Notes: generated by a model not told the origin, from the letters alone. A stretch of DNA of 46,178 nucleotides from a virus (IMGVR_UViG_3300035492_000044:1-46178), one strand, 5' to 3'; counted from the first letter of the stretch, positions 7,685-17,118 are shown. Translations and numbers: made by a program.

Positions 7685-8353
7685 TTATCCCCTCCATCTA
7701 CCTATTGCCAGATAACCCGGAACGATTGACGCAGTATTAGAAGACCCATAAACATTAATAGAACATGTTGTAGGACCAACACCAGCAAATAGAACTCCAA
7801 TACCAGAACCCTGGTCTTTGCCATAGGGTATCATAATAGGGGCAGCTATAAACGATGCTGGGAAGGTAAGAGTAGGTGACTGGCCCCAGAACAGAGATCC
7901 AGATGGAGAGGTAGGAACGATAGCAGAGCTATGTAAATACCTACAGATCATTGTTCCATCTGCAAACTTAGTGTAAGTCCCGTTAGCATTACTACCGGTT
8001 TCTATAATAGCCCCATTGCTAACTAGATTGGCAGCATCATAGGAAACGTTACCAACTACGTTATCCTGCAGAATAACCTGAGACCACTTAGACCAAACTC
8101 CATCACGAGTATTAGTCCATCTGCGGAATATACCACCAGCTGTCATGTCTGACCCACCGCTGATGGCTAACTGAGTTAGACCAGCAGACAGAGGATTATC
8201 GTAAACGATAATAGTCATTCCATTAAAGGGTCCTGGCAGACCTGGGTCAGAAGAGGTCTCGTTTACATATGTTCCTGGAGTGTATAGGGTATTCAGGTTA
8301 TTTACAAGAATTGGGTATAATGCTTTCTTACCTAGCTTAGTTGCTTTACTCAT
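7685..8353 (-). CDS. Tail fibre tip-like protein (knob plus C-terminal tip domain)
   Basis: NNLNTLYTPGTY...WSKW knob motif and GAIIETGSNANGTYTKFADGTMIC...AIGRW tip motif. Confidence 0.75.
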   Translation of the reverse strand: MSKATKLGKKALYPILVNNLNTLYTPGTYVNETSSDPGLPGPFNGMTIIVYDNPLSAGLTQLAISGGSDMTAGGIFRRWTNTRDGVWSKWSQVILQDNVVGNVSYDAANLVSNGAIIETGSNANGTYTKFADGTMICRYLHSSAIVPTSPSGSLFWGQSPTLTFPASFIAAPIMIPYGKDQGSGIGVLFAGVGPTTCSINVYGSSNTASIVPGYLAIGRWRG

Positions 8354-8694
8354 TAGGCACCTTCCGTCCAGATTTCAGTCTGACGTAGACCAGCCTTAGT
8401 CAAAGCTTCAGTTAACTCAACTATAGTAACATCGGCAACACTATTATCAGCTAGAACCCAAGTAACTGTAGTACCTTCGGGTTGAGACTGAAGCCCCAGT
8501 ATAGCTCTAGCCATACGGCCTTGACTAATCTCATCTCCATCAAAGACCTTACCAGATTCGGTTTCAACTATAATTGAGGCTACTCTCTCGGCCCGAGAAA
8601 CTTTATATTCTTCGCGAGCCACCTTCTCTTGAATATCTAGCTTATCTCTAGCAGTTAGAAGCTGAGATAAATCTAGCTGTCCTTGTACTGGCAT
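8353..8694 (-). CDS. Tail fibre assembly protein, DUF4376-like
   Basis: FDGDEISQGRMARAI...WVLADNS...EL.EAL motif. Confidence 0.8.
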   Translation of the reverse strand: MPVQGQLDLSQLLTARDKLDIQEKVAREEYKVSRAERVASIIVETESGKVFDGDEISQGRMARAILGLQSQPEGTTVTWVLADNSVADVTIVELTEALTKAGLRQTEIWTEGA

Positions 8695-8695
8695 G

Positions 8696-9016
8696 TTATT
8701 CTCCTAGAGGCCATGGATAGATCCCAGCTTCCGTATCTATAACAGTTATGTTATTAGCTTCTACGTCTTCTGGGAACCGAAGAATATTGCATGCATCGGC
8801 CGGAATAGGGAGTAATAGAGTTAAGCTTAGTTCACCATTTACTCTATCCACATCTCCGATAACTAGTTCATGGCCGACAGCATGAGCTGGGAGAGTTGCC
8901 CCTTCTGGTATAACTGATAGATCGAATGAGACTCCGTTGATTATTAGAGTCTCACCAACCACTGACAGAACCAGATGAGTATCTTCTCTCACTTGAGGTG
9001 AGAATTTAAGTCTCAT
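8696..9016 (-). CDS. Tail fibre assembly/chaperone-like protein
   Basis: SPQ...L.LSV.GETL.ING..FDLS.IPEGATLP...V.R..GEL.LTLLLP pattern known from Pseudomonas-type phage fibre loci. Confidence 0.75.
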   Translation of the reverse strand: MRLKFSPQVREDTHLVLSVVGETLIINGVSFDLSVIPEGATLPAHAVGHELVIGDVDRVNGELSLTLLLPIPADACNILRFPEDVEANNITVIDTEAGIYPWPLGE

Positions 9017-9070
9017 ACTTTCACCTAAAATTGGTTATAGTTTGTTCTAGTTGGACTATACATAGTATAA

Positions 9071-9112
9071 TAGGTTGATTGATAGCTGATTTTCACATTA
9101 TCAATCAACCTA
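9071..9112 (-). terminator. 14-bp stem hairpin followed by TTATACT
   Basis: TAGGTTGATTGATA 9071-9084 pairs with TATCAATCAACCTA 9099-9112. Confidence 0.7.
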
Positions 9113-9236
9113 CAACGATCTTCTGTAATAGTCTGTCACTATAACGTTATCAGATCGAAGCATATCTGTAGGGCCTGGATACACAGTACAAATTTCGTCT
9201 CCAGACTGATCTCATATTGCCTCTAAATTATAAACC

Positions 9237-11159
9237 TCAGTTGATGGATCCTTTAATTACGACGAATTGTAGGGCAAGCACATCTGAGCGGCTGCCTGCA
9301 GAAACGTTAGTGATCCTGATGGCTGCTGCTCCGGATGTTACGTTTATGACCTCAATCCGATAGGACGAAGCCACAGAGCTAGCAACCAGATTTAGACCCA
9401 AGACATCGTTTGCTGTCAGGTATGAATTGTTCAGCGTGAAAGTAGCTGACGCACCGGCAGCCAAAGCAGAAACTGCTGTGGTGATACGCCCAGTTGGTTT
9501 ATTCAGAGTTACAGCAGTTGTTTTGTCTGTCGCTTGCACGACAGAGCCACCACCGCCGCTACCGTAACCAATGGAGCCAGACTCAGAAGTTACGAGATTT
9601 GCACCCTGAGAATTGAAAATCCCAGCCCACTCAGACCAGACACCATTACTTTTGTAACGCATCCAAATCCTATGATCACTCACTCGTGTAGCTATTTGTG
9701 ATCCCCATCCCGCCGAGTATTGCTGGTGAATGACGACTATAGCTACTCCAGGGGCTGGGTTATTTGCAGCACCCGAGCCATAGTAAAAACCGTTAACTGA
9801 TATATTGTTGAAGTCAGTAACTTCTGAGATAGAAAAGCCACCTAACCCAAAAGCACCAACAGTAAGCAACCGACCTGAGGTAGAGTCTGATGGTGATGCT
9901 TGTACGTTTGCTGAAGTTTGTACTTCACGCCAATCAGTCCAGACATTACTCTCTTTTACCCGTATATAAGTTGGGTAAGTCCCTGGAGTGGACGAGTATG
10001 TTTCGGTGGCCATCTGCCACGCATCTGTAGAAGACTGACCCATATGGATCATTGTGTAAGTTCTGCCGGAGACAGGGATACCTACAGCACTTCCAGAAGA
10101 GTTACGGTATATCCCGCTGACGGTTAAGGCGTTCCAGTCATTAGACAGTACGGCAGATGAGCCTAACCCAAAAGCACCAACAGTAAGCAGACGTCCTGCA
10201 GTAGCGTCTGATAGTGACGTTTGTACGTTTAATGACGTTTGTACTTCTACCCAATCACCCCAAGTGTCTGCATTATAGGATGTGCGAACCCATGTCCGAG
10301 GGAGAACAGCAGCCCCACCGTTCACGTCTGTCCAAATCTGTCTACAAATGTAGTTGTTGTATCTCTCATGTAGAACTTGCCCATTGAATCCAGATCCAGA
10401 TGGCTTAGTTCCAGTAGACACAGAGTTCTGATACGAATAAATACCAGCGGGTGTAGTTGTGGAGTCTAGGTTGGATATGGCGTTGATTGTGGATAAATTA
10501 CCCAGCCCAAAAGCACCTACCGTCAAAAGACGACCTGAAGTGGAATCCGTAGCACTAATCTGAGCCTTGCGAGTAGTGTCTGCTAAACGAGTGTAGTCAA
10601 CACATGTCCACGAGTTACCACCATTGCAATAGAACTCGGCAGTATCACCCGCTTCTGTGGTCAAATTAGATGAAGCAGGTAGTAAAAGGTTTCCAGAGTT
10701 TACTAATGGAGTAGCACCAAGAAATCTCAACTTCCTCGTCATACCAGCCTGACCAGAGCCTAGGCTAGAAATGCTGTTAGTACCACTAATAAAGATAGTG
10801 TTTGAGTTAGCAGATGCTATGTCGATAGCTGAGTTTGATGCTATAGTTACAGCAGGAGCATAATTCAATGCTCCTGTTAAAGATCCACCAGCCTTTCGAA
10901 TCATATCAGCTAAGCTGAAATATCCTAGGTCAATAATCTGATAGGTAGCGTCCTTAGAAGCAGCTTCAATCAGAGTAGCTTTTCTGGTTGATGGGTCAAT
11001 ATACCAATCCTCGCCATAGGACATGAATGCCCCATTGAAGATAAGTATAGCATCTGGACCCAGAACATCTAGAGGTAGTACTGTCTCACCACCAGTAGCA
11101 GTGTAGACATTACTAGTCCGTAGACTCTTCTGGGATGGAGTATTACCTAGATGAGGCAT
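9237..11159 (-). CDS. Tail fibre protein with three tandem knob repeats
   Basis: GRLLTVGAFGLG occurs three times, each followed by a knob ending in W..W; distinct C-terminal domain. Confidence 0.88.
   Translation of the reverse strand: MPHLGNTPSQKSLRTSNVYTATGGETVLPLDVLGPDAILIFNGAFMSYGEDWYIDPSTRKATLIEAASKDATYQIIDLGYFSLADMIRKAGGSLTGALNYAPAVTIASNSAIDIASANSNTIFISGTNSISSLGSGQAGMTRKLRFLGATPLVNSGNLLLPASSNLTTEAGDTAEFYCNGGNSWTCVDYTRLADTTRKAQISATDSTSGRLLTVGAFGLGNLSTINAISNLDSTTTPAGIYSYQNSVSTGTKPSGSGFNGQVLHERYNNYICRQIWTDVNGGAAVLPRTWVRTSYNADTWGDWVEVQTSLNVQTSLSDATAGRLLTVGAFGLGSSAVLSNDWNALTVSGIYRNSSGSAVGIPVSGRTYTMIHMGQSSTDAWQMATETYSSTPGTYPTYIRVKESNVWTDWREVQTSANVQASPSDSTSGRLLTVGAFGLGGFSISEVTDFNNISVNGFYYGSGAANNPAPGVAIVVIHQQYSAGWGSQIATRVSDHRIWMRYKSNGVWSEWAGIFNSQGANLVTSESGSIGYGSGGGGSVVQATDKTTAVTLNKPTGRITTAVSALAAGASATFTLNNSYLTANDVLGLNLVASSVASSYRIEVINVTSGAAAIRITNVSAGSRSDVLALQFVVIKGSIN
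9841..10189. repeat. Intragenic direct repeat: 28 bp identical at 9841-9868 and 10162-10189, degenerate third copy near 10501
   Basis: CCTAACCCAAAAGCACCAACAGTAAGCA twice, 321 bp apart; similarity extends about 80 bp further. Confidence 0.9.
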
Positions 11160-11185
11160 AAGTCACCTTACTTACTATTCACAAA

Positions 11186-12289
11186 TTATAGTTCTGCGCT
11201 TAGTAGCACACGCCCATTAGTTATGATTGAGTGCCCGGATGTTTGTATTAATGCAGCAGTTTCCGCAGTTACACTCCCTCCAGACCCTCCACTGTCGTAG
11301 AGGTACGTAGCCGATGGGATATCTCGCATTACCTGTTTATAATTATACCAAACACCATAATTTGATAAGGATGCAGTAGTCTGCCATGCGATCCTAATCT
11401 GTTGATAATATCTCTCGCAAAGAGTCAACTCCTGACTAACTGGACGATGCTCAAACGGAGTGGCAGCACTTCCAACTTCAAGTTGAACGCCTGTAATGGA
11501 AAAGACATTACCTACAGCGTCTAGAGCATTAACTTGATTAGGCGAGGATGTGTAGTTATTAGTATGCCATACGTTCGAAGCTGCCCTGGCTCCAGCACTG
11601 GATCCTAATTCGAACGACAGTACAACACCTATTCCGTTGTCATAATTCCAAGTTCCATCTGTTATCAACCCTCCGGGTAAAGTAAGACTGACTTTCTGCC
11701 ATACATTTGAGGCCGCAACCGTGTACTCCATGATATAGCTGCGATCCGGAATACCATTCCGAATAGATAAAGAATAAACTCCGGCCTTCGTAGCGCAGAC
11801 CCAAAACGAAATTGTAAAGGTCTCACCTACTAGATCACGGATAGCGTACCCCTCTATGCGTTGAACTATTCTGACTCCTTCTGAAGGACTAAAAGAGGCT
11901 TGAGCTGTATCTACAGAGACCCACAATACATTTCGTAATTCAGCAGAGGGCCCATATTGCTGCTGTGAAACAGTGAGGACAGCTGTACCTGATTTACCTA
12001 TAACCCATCTATCGAGGAGATACTGGCCGTTAGCAGGATTCGAGAAGGATGTTCCGCGTTGTGCTATATCCATTCTACCGTTTATAATCTTATTCTTGGC
12101 AAACTGACCGTACCCTAGATTAAAGGATCCAGGAGAAAGAACTACTCCAGGGGTTTTATCGTCGAAGGAAGTCTGCAGAGTAAGACTTAGGATATCTCGC
12201 AATTCTTCAAAAGTAGTGCAGGACTCTATCTGTCGTGCAATATCAGTTGGAAATTGTTGCTCTGGATTTAGAAATCCCATAATTATCAC
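11186..12289 (-). CDS. Second tail fibre or carbohydrate-binding virion protein
   Basis: KNKIINGRMDIAQRGTSF..DRW and GVQLEVGSAATPFEHRP...EL..C.RYYQ motifs typical of phage fibre beta-sandwich modules. Confidence 0.78.
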   Translation of the reverse strand: MIIMGFLNPEQQFPTDIARQIESCTTFEELRDILSLTLQTSFDDKTPGVVLSPGSFNLGYGQFAKNKIINGRMDIAQRGTSFSNPANGQYLLDRWVIGKSGTAVLTVSQQQYGPSAELRNVLWVSVDTAQASFSPSEGVRIVQRIEGYAIRDLVGETFTISFWVCATKAGVYSLSIRNGIPDRSYIMEYTVAASNVWQKVSLTLPGGLITDGTWNYDNGIGVVLSFELGSSAGARAASNVWHTNNYTSSPNQVNALDAVGNVFSITGVQLEVGSAATPFEHRPVSQELTLCERYYQQIRIAWQTTASLSNYGVWYNYKQVMRDIPSATYLYDSGGSGGSVTAETAALIQTSGHSIITNGRVLLSAEL

Positions 12290-12612
12290 CCGATCTCAGC
12301 ATAGCTGGCTACAACGTCGAGAGATGCAGCAATATCAGACTTGACCTTTAATGTATCTCCGGCCATAAGTATGATTTTCTGTTCATTACCAGACGGTGTG
12401 AATGCTCCACCTGGCGAAATATTAACACCCTTCAGAATATAGTGATCGACACCACCAATTACATGAATGATATCAACACTAACAACCTGACTATTGATGT
12501 TAGCTATATTTACCCCGAGAAGAACTATGGTCTTCCCAGCAGCTGCAGTTACAACTGAGGCAGCTGTAATACCAACAGCCTTAGCTGCAGCGTTTTTAAG
12601 AGTAGACGCCAT
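12286..12612 (-). CDS. Small beta-sandwich virion protein
   Basis: Resembles the approximately 110-aa structural proteins of T4-like environmental myoviruses (KIIL.AGD.LKV.S....SLDVV.SY.EI). Confidence 0.6.
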   Translation of the reverse strand: MASTLKNAAAKAVGITAASVVTAAAGKTIVLLGVNIANINSQVVSVDIIHVIGGVDHYILKGVNISPGGAFTPSGNEQKIILMAGDTLKVKSDIAASLDVVASYAEIG

Positions 12613-12622
12613 GATCTAGTCC

Positions 12623-12952
12623 TCAGAATAATAGAGAGTTGATGAAGGCTTCATTGGACGCCTCCTCTAACTGAGTTACCGTAGCTTTAGTATTAAGAGC
12701 TTGTGCCGTGGAGATAGCGTCAGCCTTAGTAGCAAGAGCTTGTTCGGTAGCTAATGCATCTGCTTTTGTAGCTAGAGCATCATTTACAGTAGAAGTATCA
12801 GCTTTCTGTCCGAGAGCTGTGGCCATTTCATCTTTATTAGCCTTGTTTGTGTTCAGGTCACGAATATCAAGAGTCTGAGCATCGTGATCTGTACCTTCGA
12901 ATCGTCTTCCGATCTCAGAATATGTCTTTGACCGTAGAGTTAAATCTGGCAT
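12623..12952 (-). CDS. Small fibrous protein with 13-aa ALxxKA repeats
   Basis: ATALGQKAD/DALATKAD/QALATKAD/QALNTKAT; ATG at 12952 has a GGAG RBS. Confidence 0.7.
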   Translation of the reverse strand: MPDLTLRSKTYSEIGRRFEGTDHDAQTLDIRDLNTNKANKDEMATALGQKADTSTVNDALATKADALATEQALATKADAISTAQALNTKATVTQLEEASNEAFINSLLF

Positions 12953-12971
12953 AGATGTCTCCAAGAGTATA

Positions 12972-12995
12972 AGGGTGAGGTATTACCCTCACCCT
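12972..12995 (-). terminator. 9-bp stem hairpin followed by TTATACT
   Basis: AGGGTGAGG 12972-12980 pairs with CCTCACCCT 12987-12995. Confidence 0.65.
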
Positions 12996-13003
12996 ACACC
13001 CAA

Positions 13004-16000
13004 TTAGCTGATTAACGTACGGATATTCTTGACTTCAGGTCTGGCAGTGTACGAGGTAGTATTCAGAACGATTCTGATAGCAGAACTATTCTGAGCTACG
13101 TTAGTAACTTCATACGTAGCTGCTTCACGACCATCACCCAGAGCTGTACCGCCAGTCTTAGACATACCAACCCAGTTGCCAGAACCATTCTTGTAGTACA
13201 CATTGATACTAGAACCAACTGGAGCGTACTCATCGATGATGACAGTAAGCTTAACTGGTGTCACAGTACCGTTAGGTATCTGGAAGGTTCTCTGAACGTA
13301 CTCAGCCGGAGTATCTACAGTACCTGCAAACAGAGCCACACCCTGCGAGATATATGGACTCAGACTTGGGTCTGAAGTGCTCATAGTAGCCCACAGTTCA
13401 ACTGGTGCGGATGCCAGAGGAATCGGAGGTAGAACCGTATTTCCACTCAGGGCTAGATCGTAGGATACCGATCCAACTTTCAGAGTGTATTTCAGGTTAG
13501 TACCTGCCGGGATGTTAGCTACGGAGCCAACATTGAACTCGGTGGCATTGTTCGGGTAGTCACTCATGGAGAGGATCTTGTAAGACCCGGACGTAGCATA
13601 GGTCTTAGCATGAAGTCTCATGGTGAGGTCTTCGTCCTGAACCGGAGTCCAGGTTCTCTCGTTAGCAGAGAGAAGCATTACACCTTCTAGTACCTGGTTA
13701 GAGATCCACTTAGCATTAGCACTATCGTACTCGCCGACTCTAGCTGTAGCTACCTTACCTTGGAAGTTGGCAGTAGATACAATAACAGCATATTCACTGC
13801 CATTATAGACTCTACGAGGAACTTTGAAGTTAATCTTGTTCCATCCAATAACACACTGATTCGGAGACAAAGACCCGATAGCCAGTCTTTGTGAAGAGTC
13901 TGGGATACCGAGAGTCACTGGAACGAGCTTAATGAACAGAGTGTTAGTTGGTAGTTCAGTCAGGAATACTGATACTGCAGACAGATCCGCGTCTTTGGTA
14001 ATCAGGAATGTCTGAGCTACAGGGTCAGCTCCCAGAGGAATCTCACCACCGTTCCAGTAGTCCTTGGAGAAGTCTCCACCAGCACCATTGTACTTAGCGT
14101 CATCACGACCACTAACAGTAAGAGCAGCCTTAGCAGTAGCCTGGGAAGTCAGACCAGTAGCGGTTACCTCATAAACTCCGTACGGAGTTCTATCTGGAAC
14201 AGTGATAGCTACACTAAGAGCTCCATTGACGTTAGCAGTTCCGCTAGCTACTACCTTACCTCTGAAGCGTACTTGAACAGTCTCACCAGATTGGAATCGG
14301 GCTAGCTGGACAGTAGTCTTCGCTGATCTAGGCAGGAAAGTACCATGCCACCACCACCACCAAGCATTGCCCTTAATCACAGAAGGAGCTAGAACAATAT
14401 CAGCTTGCAGAGATGCACCATTACCAGCATACGGGTTAATTCTCTGAGACTTAGTTCTGAACTGGTTCTGGAAGACGATGTATTCAGTAGCTTGAGGTAA
14501 GCTGAACGTCTGAGACACGTTCTCTTCAATGTCAGTCATATTCGACGCATTGTACAGAGTGGCATCAACGTTGATAGCGTTCTGAACTACACCCGCATCA
14601 CGCATTTCGTCGTTAGCCAATGAGTCAACAACGATGCCTTTCTTAGTAGTCACTGGATCGTGGCCACTAGCTACGTCTTTCAGAGACAGCTGGGCGATGT
14701 TGTATTCGATAGAGTCCAGTCGATCTCCCATGACTTTCATTTCAGCGAAAGTCATCATTCTAACAGTGGAGTCCTGGTCGATAACGGGGTCTGATCCGAA
14801 AGATACAGTCACAGTACCAATTGACAGGAAACCATCATTAGGAGTCTGGTTAGGTTGTACTTGACTCGGAGTTCCTGGGATGCCTCTTGAGATCTGAACG
14901 TTGCCATCTCTGTCTAAGAGAACTCTATCAACACGACTCAGGTAGAAATCGTAGTCAATGTACATAGTTGAGTTATGTACGAGAGCGGCAACATCTCCGG
15001 CATCTAGAGTGAGGTTATTACCAGTGAAAGTAGCCGAGAAGGTGTCGATATACTGATAAGTTACAGTATAGCTGGAACCTGGGCTAGGCTCAGCTCCTGC
15101 AAGAGACCAATCTACTGAGTCACCAGTCTGCTTGAAGTCAACGTCCTTAATGTAGGTAGTACCACCCTGAACCACAGAGGTTATCATCAGAACTGGAGTA
15201 TTGGACAGTAGATCCTGACCACCAGAAGCTGCTCCTCTAGTTACAGAGTGAGTAATAACCTTAGTACCAGTTACCTCAGTAATAGCCATTAGCGGAGTAT
15301 TACGAAGAGCGTAGCTACCAACTCCGTTCTGGAATACTATCGGTTCTGCGGATACTGAGCGGAAGTCAGTAATCGGATCCAGTGAGATGATACTCTCTAG
15401 CTGAAACTGCTTCTCAGTACCAGCAATACGACCTATGCCTGACGACATGGTCATATCTACAGTGCCAGTATCTTCGTTTACTTCCAAGAATGCCAGATCA
15501 AGGCCATTAACAACGTACGATCCATGGACACCGTTGTCATACTTGGAAATGGCTCTTCCAATAGCGTTGCTGTCAGAACTAGTAGACGCTGAACTGGAGA
15601 TTACAGTGCCTTCAGATACCGACATTACCGGGAAGAATACCTCATCGGCCGATACCTGAGTAGAGACCTTCCAAGTACCAAGTCTCTTCTCACGATATGC
15701 ACCGTCTCCACCAAAGTGAGGAGACTGAGGATCCTGCTCGAACAGGTCTATATCGTCATTACCAGTTATCAGTAGGCTCTTGACTGCGACACCGATAACA
15801 GATACACCGACCTCAGGAATAGTGATGGACCCTGCGGCACAGTTGGTCGGAATACCTTCAAGAGCTACAACTGCGTTGTTCAGAGAGATGCTAGTAGTAG
15901 AGAGGCTAGTTACCTCTCCGCCTGAAATGATAGTACCGTTAGATACTAGGTGCTTACTGACCTTAGCTAGAAGGTCAATAATCATATCTTGCATCTCGTT

Positions 16001-16102
16001 CAGTTCTGCTGACTGAAGAGGACGACCTGCTAAGAAGATCAGTCTCTGATAAGCCTTCGCAGAATCGAACTTATTGAAATAATCGTCACGAGTGATTTCC
16101 AT
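13004..16102 (-). CDS. Large baseplate/tail structural protein, DUF4815-type
   Basis: N-terminus YFNKFDSAKAYQRLIFLAGRPLQSAELNEMQ; YLSRVDRV.LD..G; DPVAQTF; typical of this family. Confidence 0.85.
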   Translation of the reverse strand: MEITRDDYFNKFDSAKAYQRLIFLAGRPLQSAELNEMQDMIIDLLAKVSKHLVSNGTIISGGEVTSLSTTSISLNNAVVALEGIPTNCAAGSITIPEVGVSVIGVAVKSLLITGNDDIDLFEQDPQSPHFGGDGAYREKRLGTWKVSTQVSADEVFFPVMSVSEGTVISSSASTSSDSNAIGRAISKYDNGVHGSYVVNGLDLAFLEVNEDTGTVDMTMSSGIGRIAGTEKQFQLESIISLDPITDFRSVSAEPIVFQNGVGSYALRNTPLMAITEVTGTKVITHSVTRGAASGGQDLLSNTPVLMITSVVQGGTTYIKDVDFKQTGDSVDWSLAGAEPSPGSSYTVTYQYIDTFSATFTGNNLTLDAGDVAALVHNSTMYIDYDFYLSRVDRVLLDRDGNVQISRGIPGTPSQVQPNQTPNDGFLSIGTVTVSFGSDPVIDQDSTVRMMTFAEMKVMGDRLDSIEYNIAQLSLKDVASGHDPVTTKKGIVVDSLANDEMRDAGVVQNAINVDATLYNASNMTDIEENVSQTFSLPQATEYIVFQNQFRTKSQRINPYAGNGASLQADIVLAPSVIKGNAWWWWWHGTFLPRSAKTTVQLARFQSGETVQVRFRGKVVASGTANVNGALSVAITVPDRTPYGVYEVTATGLTSQATAKAALTVSGRDDAKYNGAGGDFSKDYWNGGEIPLGADPVAQTFLITKDADLSAVSVFLTELPTNTLFIKLVPVTLGIPDSSQRLAIGSLSPNQCVIGWNKINFKVPRRVYNGSEYAVIVSTANFQGKVATARVGEYDSANAKWISNQVLEGVMLLSANERTWTPVQDEDLTMRLHAKTYATSGSYKILSMSDYPNNATEFNVGSVANIPAGTNLKYTLKVGSVSYDLALSGNTVLPPIPLASAPVELWATMSTSDPSLSPYISQGVALFAGTVDTPAEYVQRTFQIPNGTVTPVKLTVIIDEYAPVGSSINVYYKNGSGNWVGMSKTGGTALGDGREAATYEVTNVAQNSSAIRIVLNTTSYTARPEVKNIRTLIS

Positions 16103-16112
16103 CGCCGATTCC

Positions 16113-16946
16113 TTAGAATGTAATTACGAGTTCACGGATCTCTCTAGTAGATGAGTTCCGGTAGATAGGCGATACGTTGCTAAGAGCAAACAGAGTACCT
16201 GACTCAGCTATCTGACCCGGCAGTAGATAGTTTGAGTTCTCAAACCCAGAGGCTGGAGTAGTACCTACGAAAGCACCCATCTGATACAAGGTCTGGTCTG
16301 CAGCATCCGTAAGAGCATAACCTACCTGGAGGTAGATATGTCTGGTAGGTACCAAGGACTCGGACCATCTGCCATTAGGTGTGTCAATGTCACCATTAAC
16401 GTCAGGGGTCACATACTTCTTGGTAATGGCTCGTCTACGGCCAACCTCATTATAGAGCTTGGTGTGAGCAGGATTGGCTGCCGGTGGGGTAGTAGTCCAC
16501 GGATCGTCGCAAGTGCTATTGATCGCAGGTGGAAACACTTCAGTCAATGCAAATCCAGTGTCTGTGAATGTGAGAGTAGTCGGAGACGATACACTTCCGA
16601 TTCTCTTGAACTTGGAATCACCGGCATCCCATCTATAGATATGATAACCAGAACATCCAGCTGACTGACTCCAGGTTAGAACTACCGAAGACTCACCATC
16701 AACAACAGAGATAGTAGGAGTATTACTAATGGTAGTCTCACCAAAATCGTTGTAAGCTGTTACTGCGTACTGGTGAGTACCTAGAGGAAGAGTACCCACT
16801 CCAGATACTGCGCCATCCCCAGCAAGACCAGTAGGAGCAGCTACTTTAGGAATGAGTTTACCCCATGCCAGATACAGCTCTTGCTCTATGATCGATCTTG
16901 CGATGGCTATGTGACCAGTATCGCTTAGAACATATACGTTATTCAT
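16113..16946 (-). CDS. Baseplate wedge / fibre-attachment protein with an FN3-like insert
   Basis: YLAWG...LYNEVGRRR flanking a fibronectin-like domain; position in the baseplate cluster. Confidence 0.65.
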   Translation of the reverse strand: MNNVYVLSDTGHIAIARSIIEQELYLAWGKLIPKVAAPTGLAGDGAVSGVGTLPLGTHQYAVTAYNDFGETTISNTPTISVVDGESSVVLTWSQSAGCSGYHIYRWDAGDSKFKRIGSVSSPTTLTFTDTGFALTEVFPPAINSTCDDPWTTTPPAANPAHTKLYNEVGRRRAITKKYVTPDVNGDIDTPNGRWSESLVPTRHIYLQVGYALTDAADQTLYQMGAFVGTTPASGFENSNYLLPGQIAESGTLFALSNVSPIYRNSSTREIRELVITF

Positions 16947-17116
16947 CACTTAGCACCTTGAATTTCGACCCACTCACCATTAATTCTACGGTGACGAATC
17001 TTTGTGATGGAGTTAGTGTGGATAGAGCCTTCTGGAGCTGTCTCTGGAGGAGTGAACTCGTCCTTCAAGTGAAGAGGAGTTACTTCAGCTGCTTCTTTAG
17101 ATTTTGTCTTGGCCAT
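16946..17116 (-). CDS. 56-aa ORF not in the ORF track (MAKTKSKEAAEV...WVEIQGAK)
   Basis: Translated by hand; AAGGTG RBS; fills the gap, starting 3 nt after the upstream stop and ending in a TGATG overlap. Confidence 0.75.
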   Translation of the reverse strand: MAKTKSKEAAEVTPLHLKDEFTPPETAPEGSIHTNSITKIRHRRINGEWVEIQGAK

Positions 17117-17118
17117 GA

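Noticed and set aside
9042-9071. Canonical sigma70 promoter on the + strand (TATAAT at 9066-9071)
   Set aside because: The best -35 (TTGGAC) is only 9 bp away; kept only as part of the hairpin+TTATACT finding
9841-10540. Fibre repeats as a CRISPR array or DGR template/variable pair
   Set aside because: Repeats are in-frame protein modules; differences are not confined to adenines; no cas or reverse transcriptase gene in the window
7685-12289. Invertible tail-fibre cassette (Gin/Cin type)
   Set aside because: All fibre genes are on one strand; no invertase and no flanking inverted crossover sites seen
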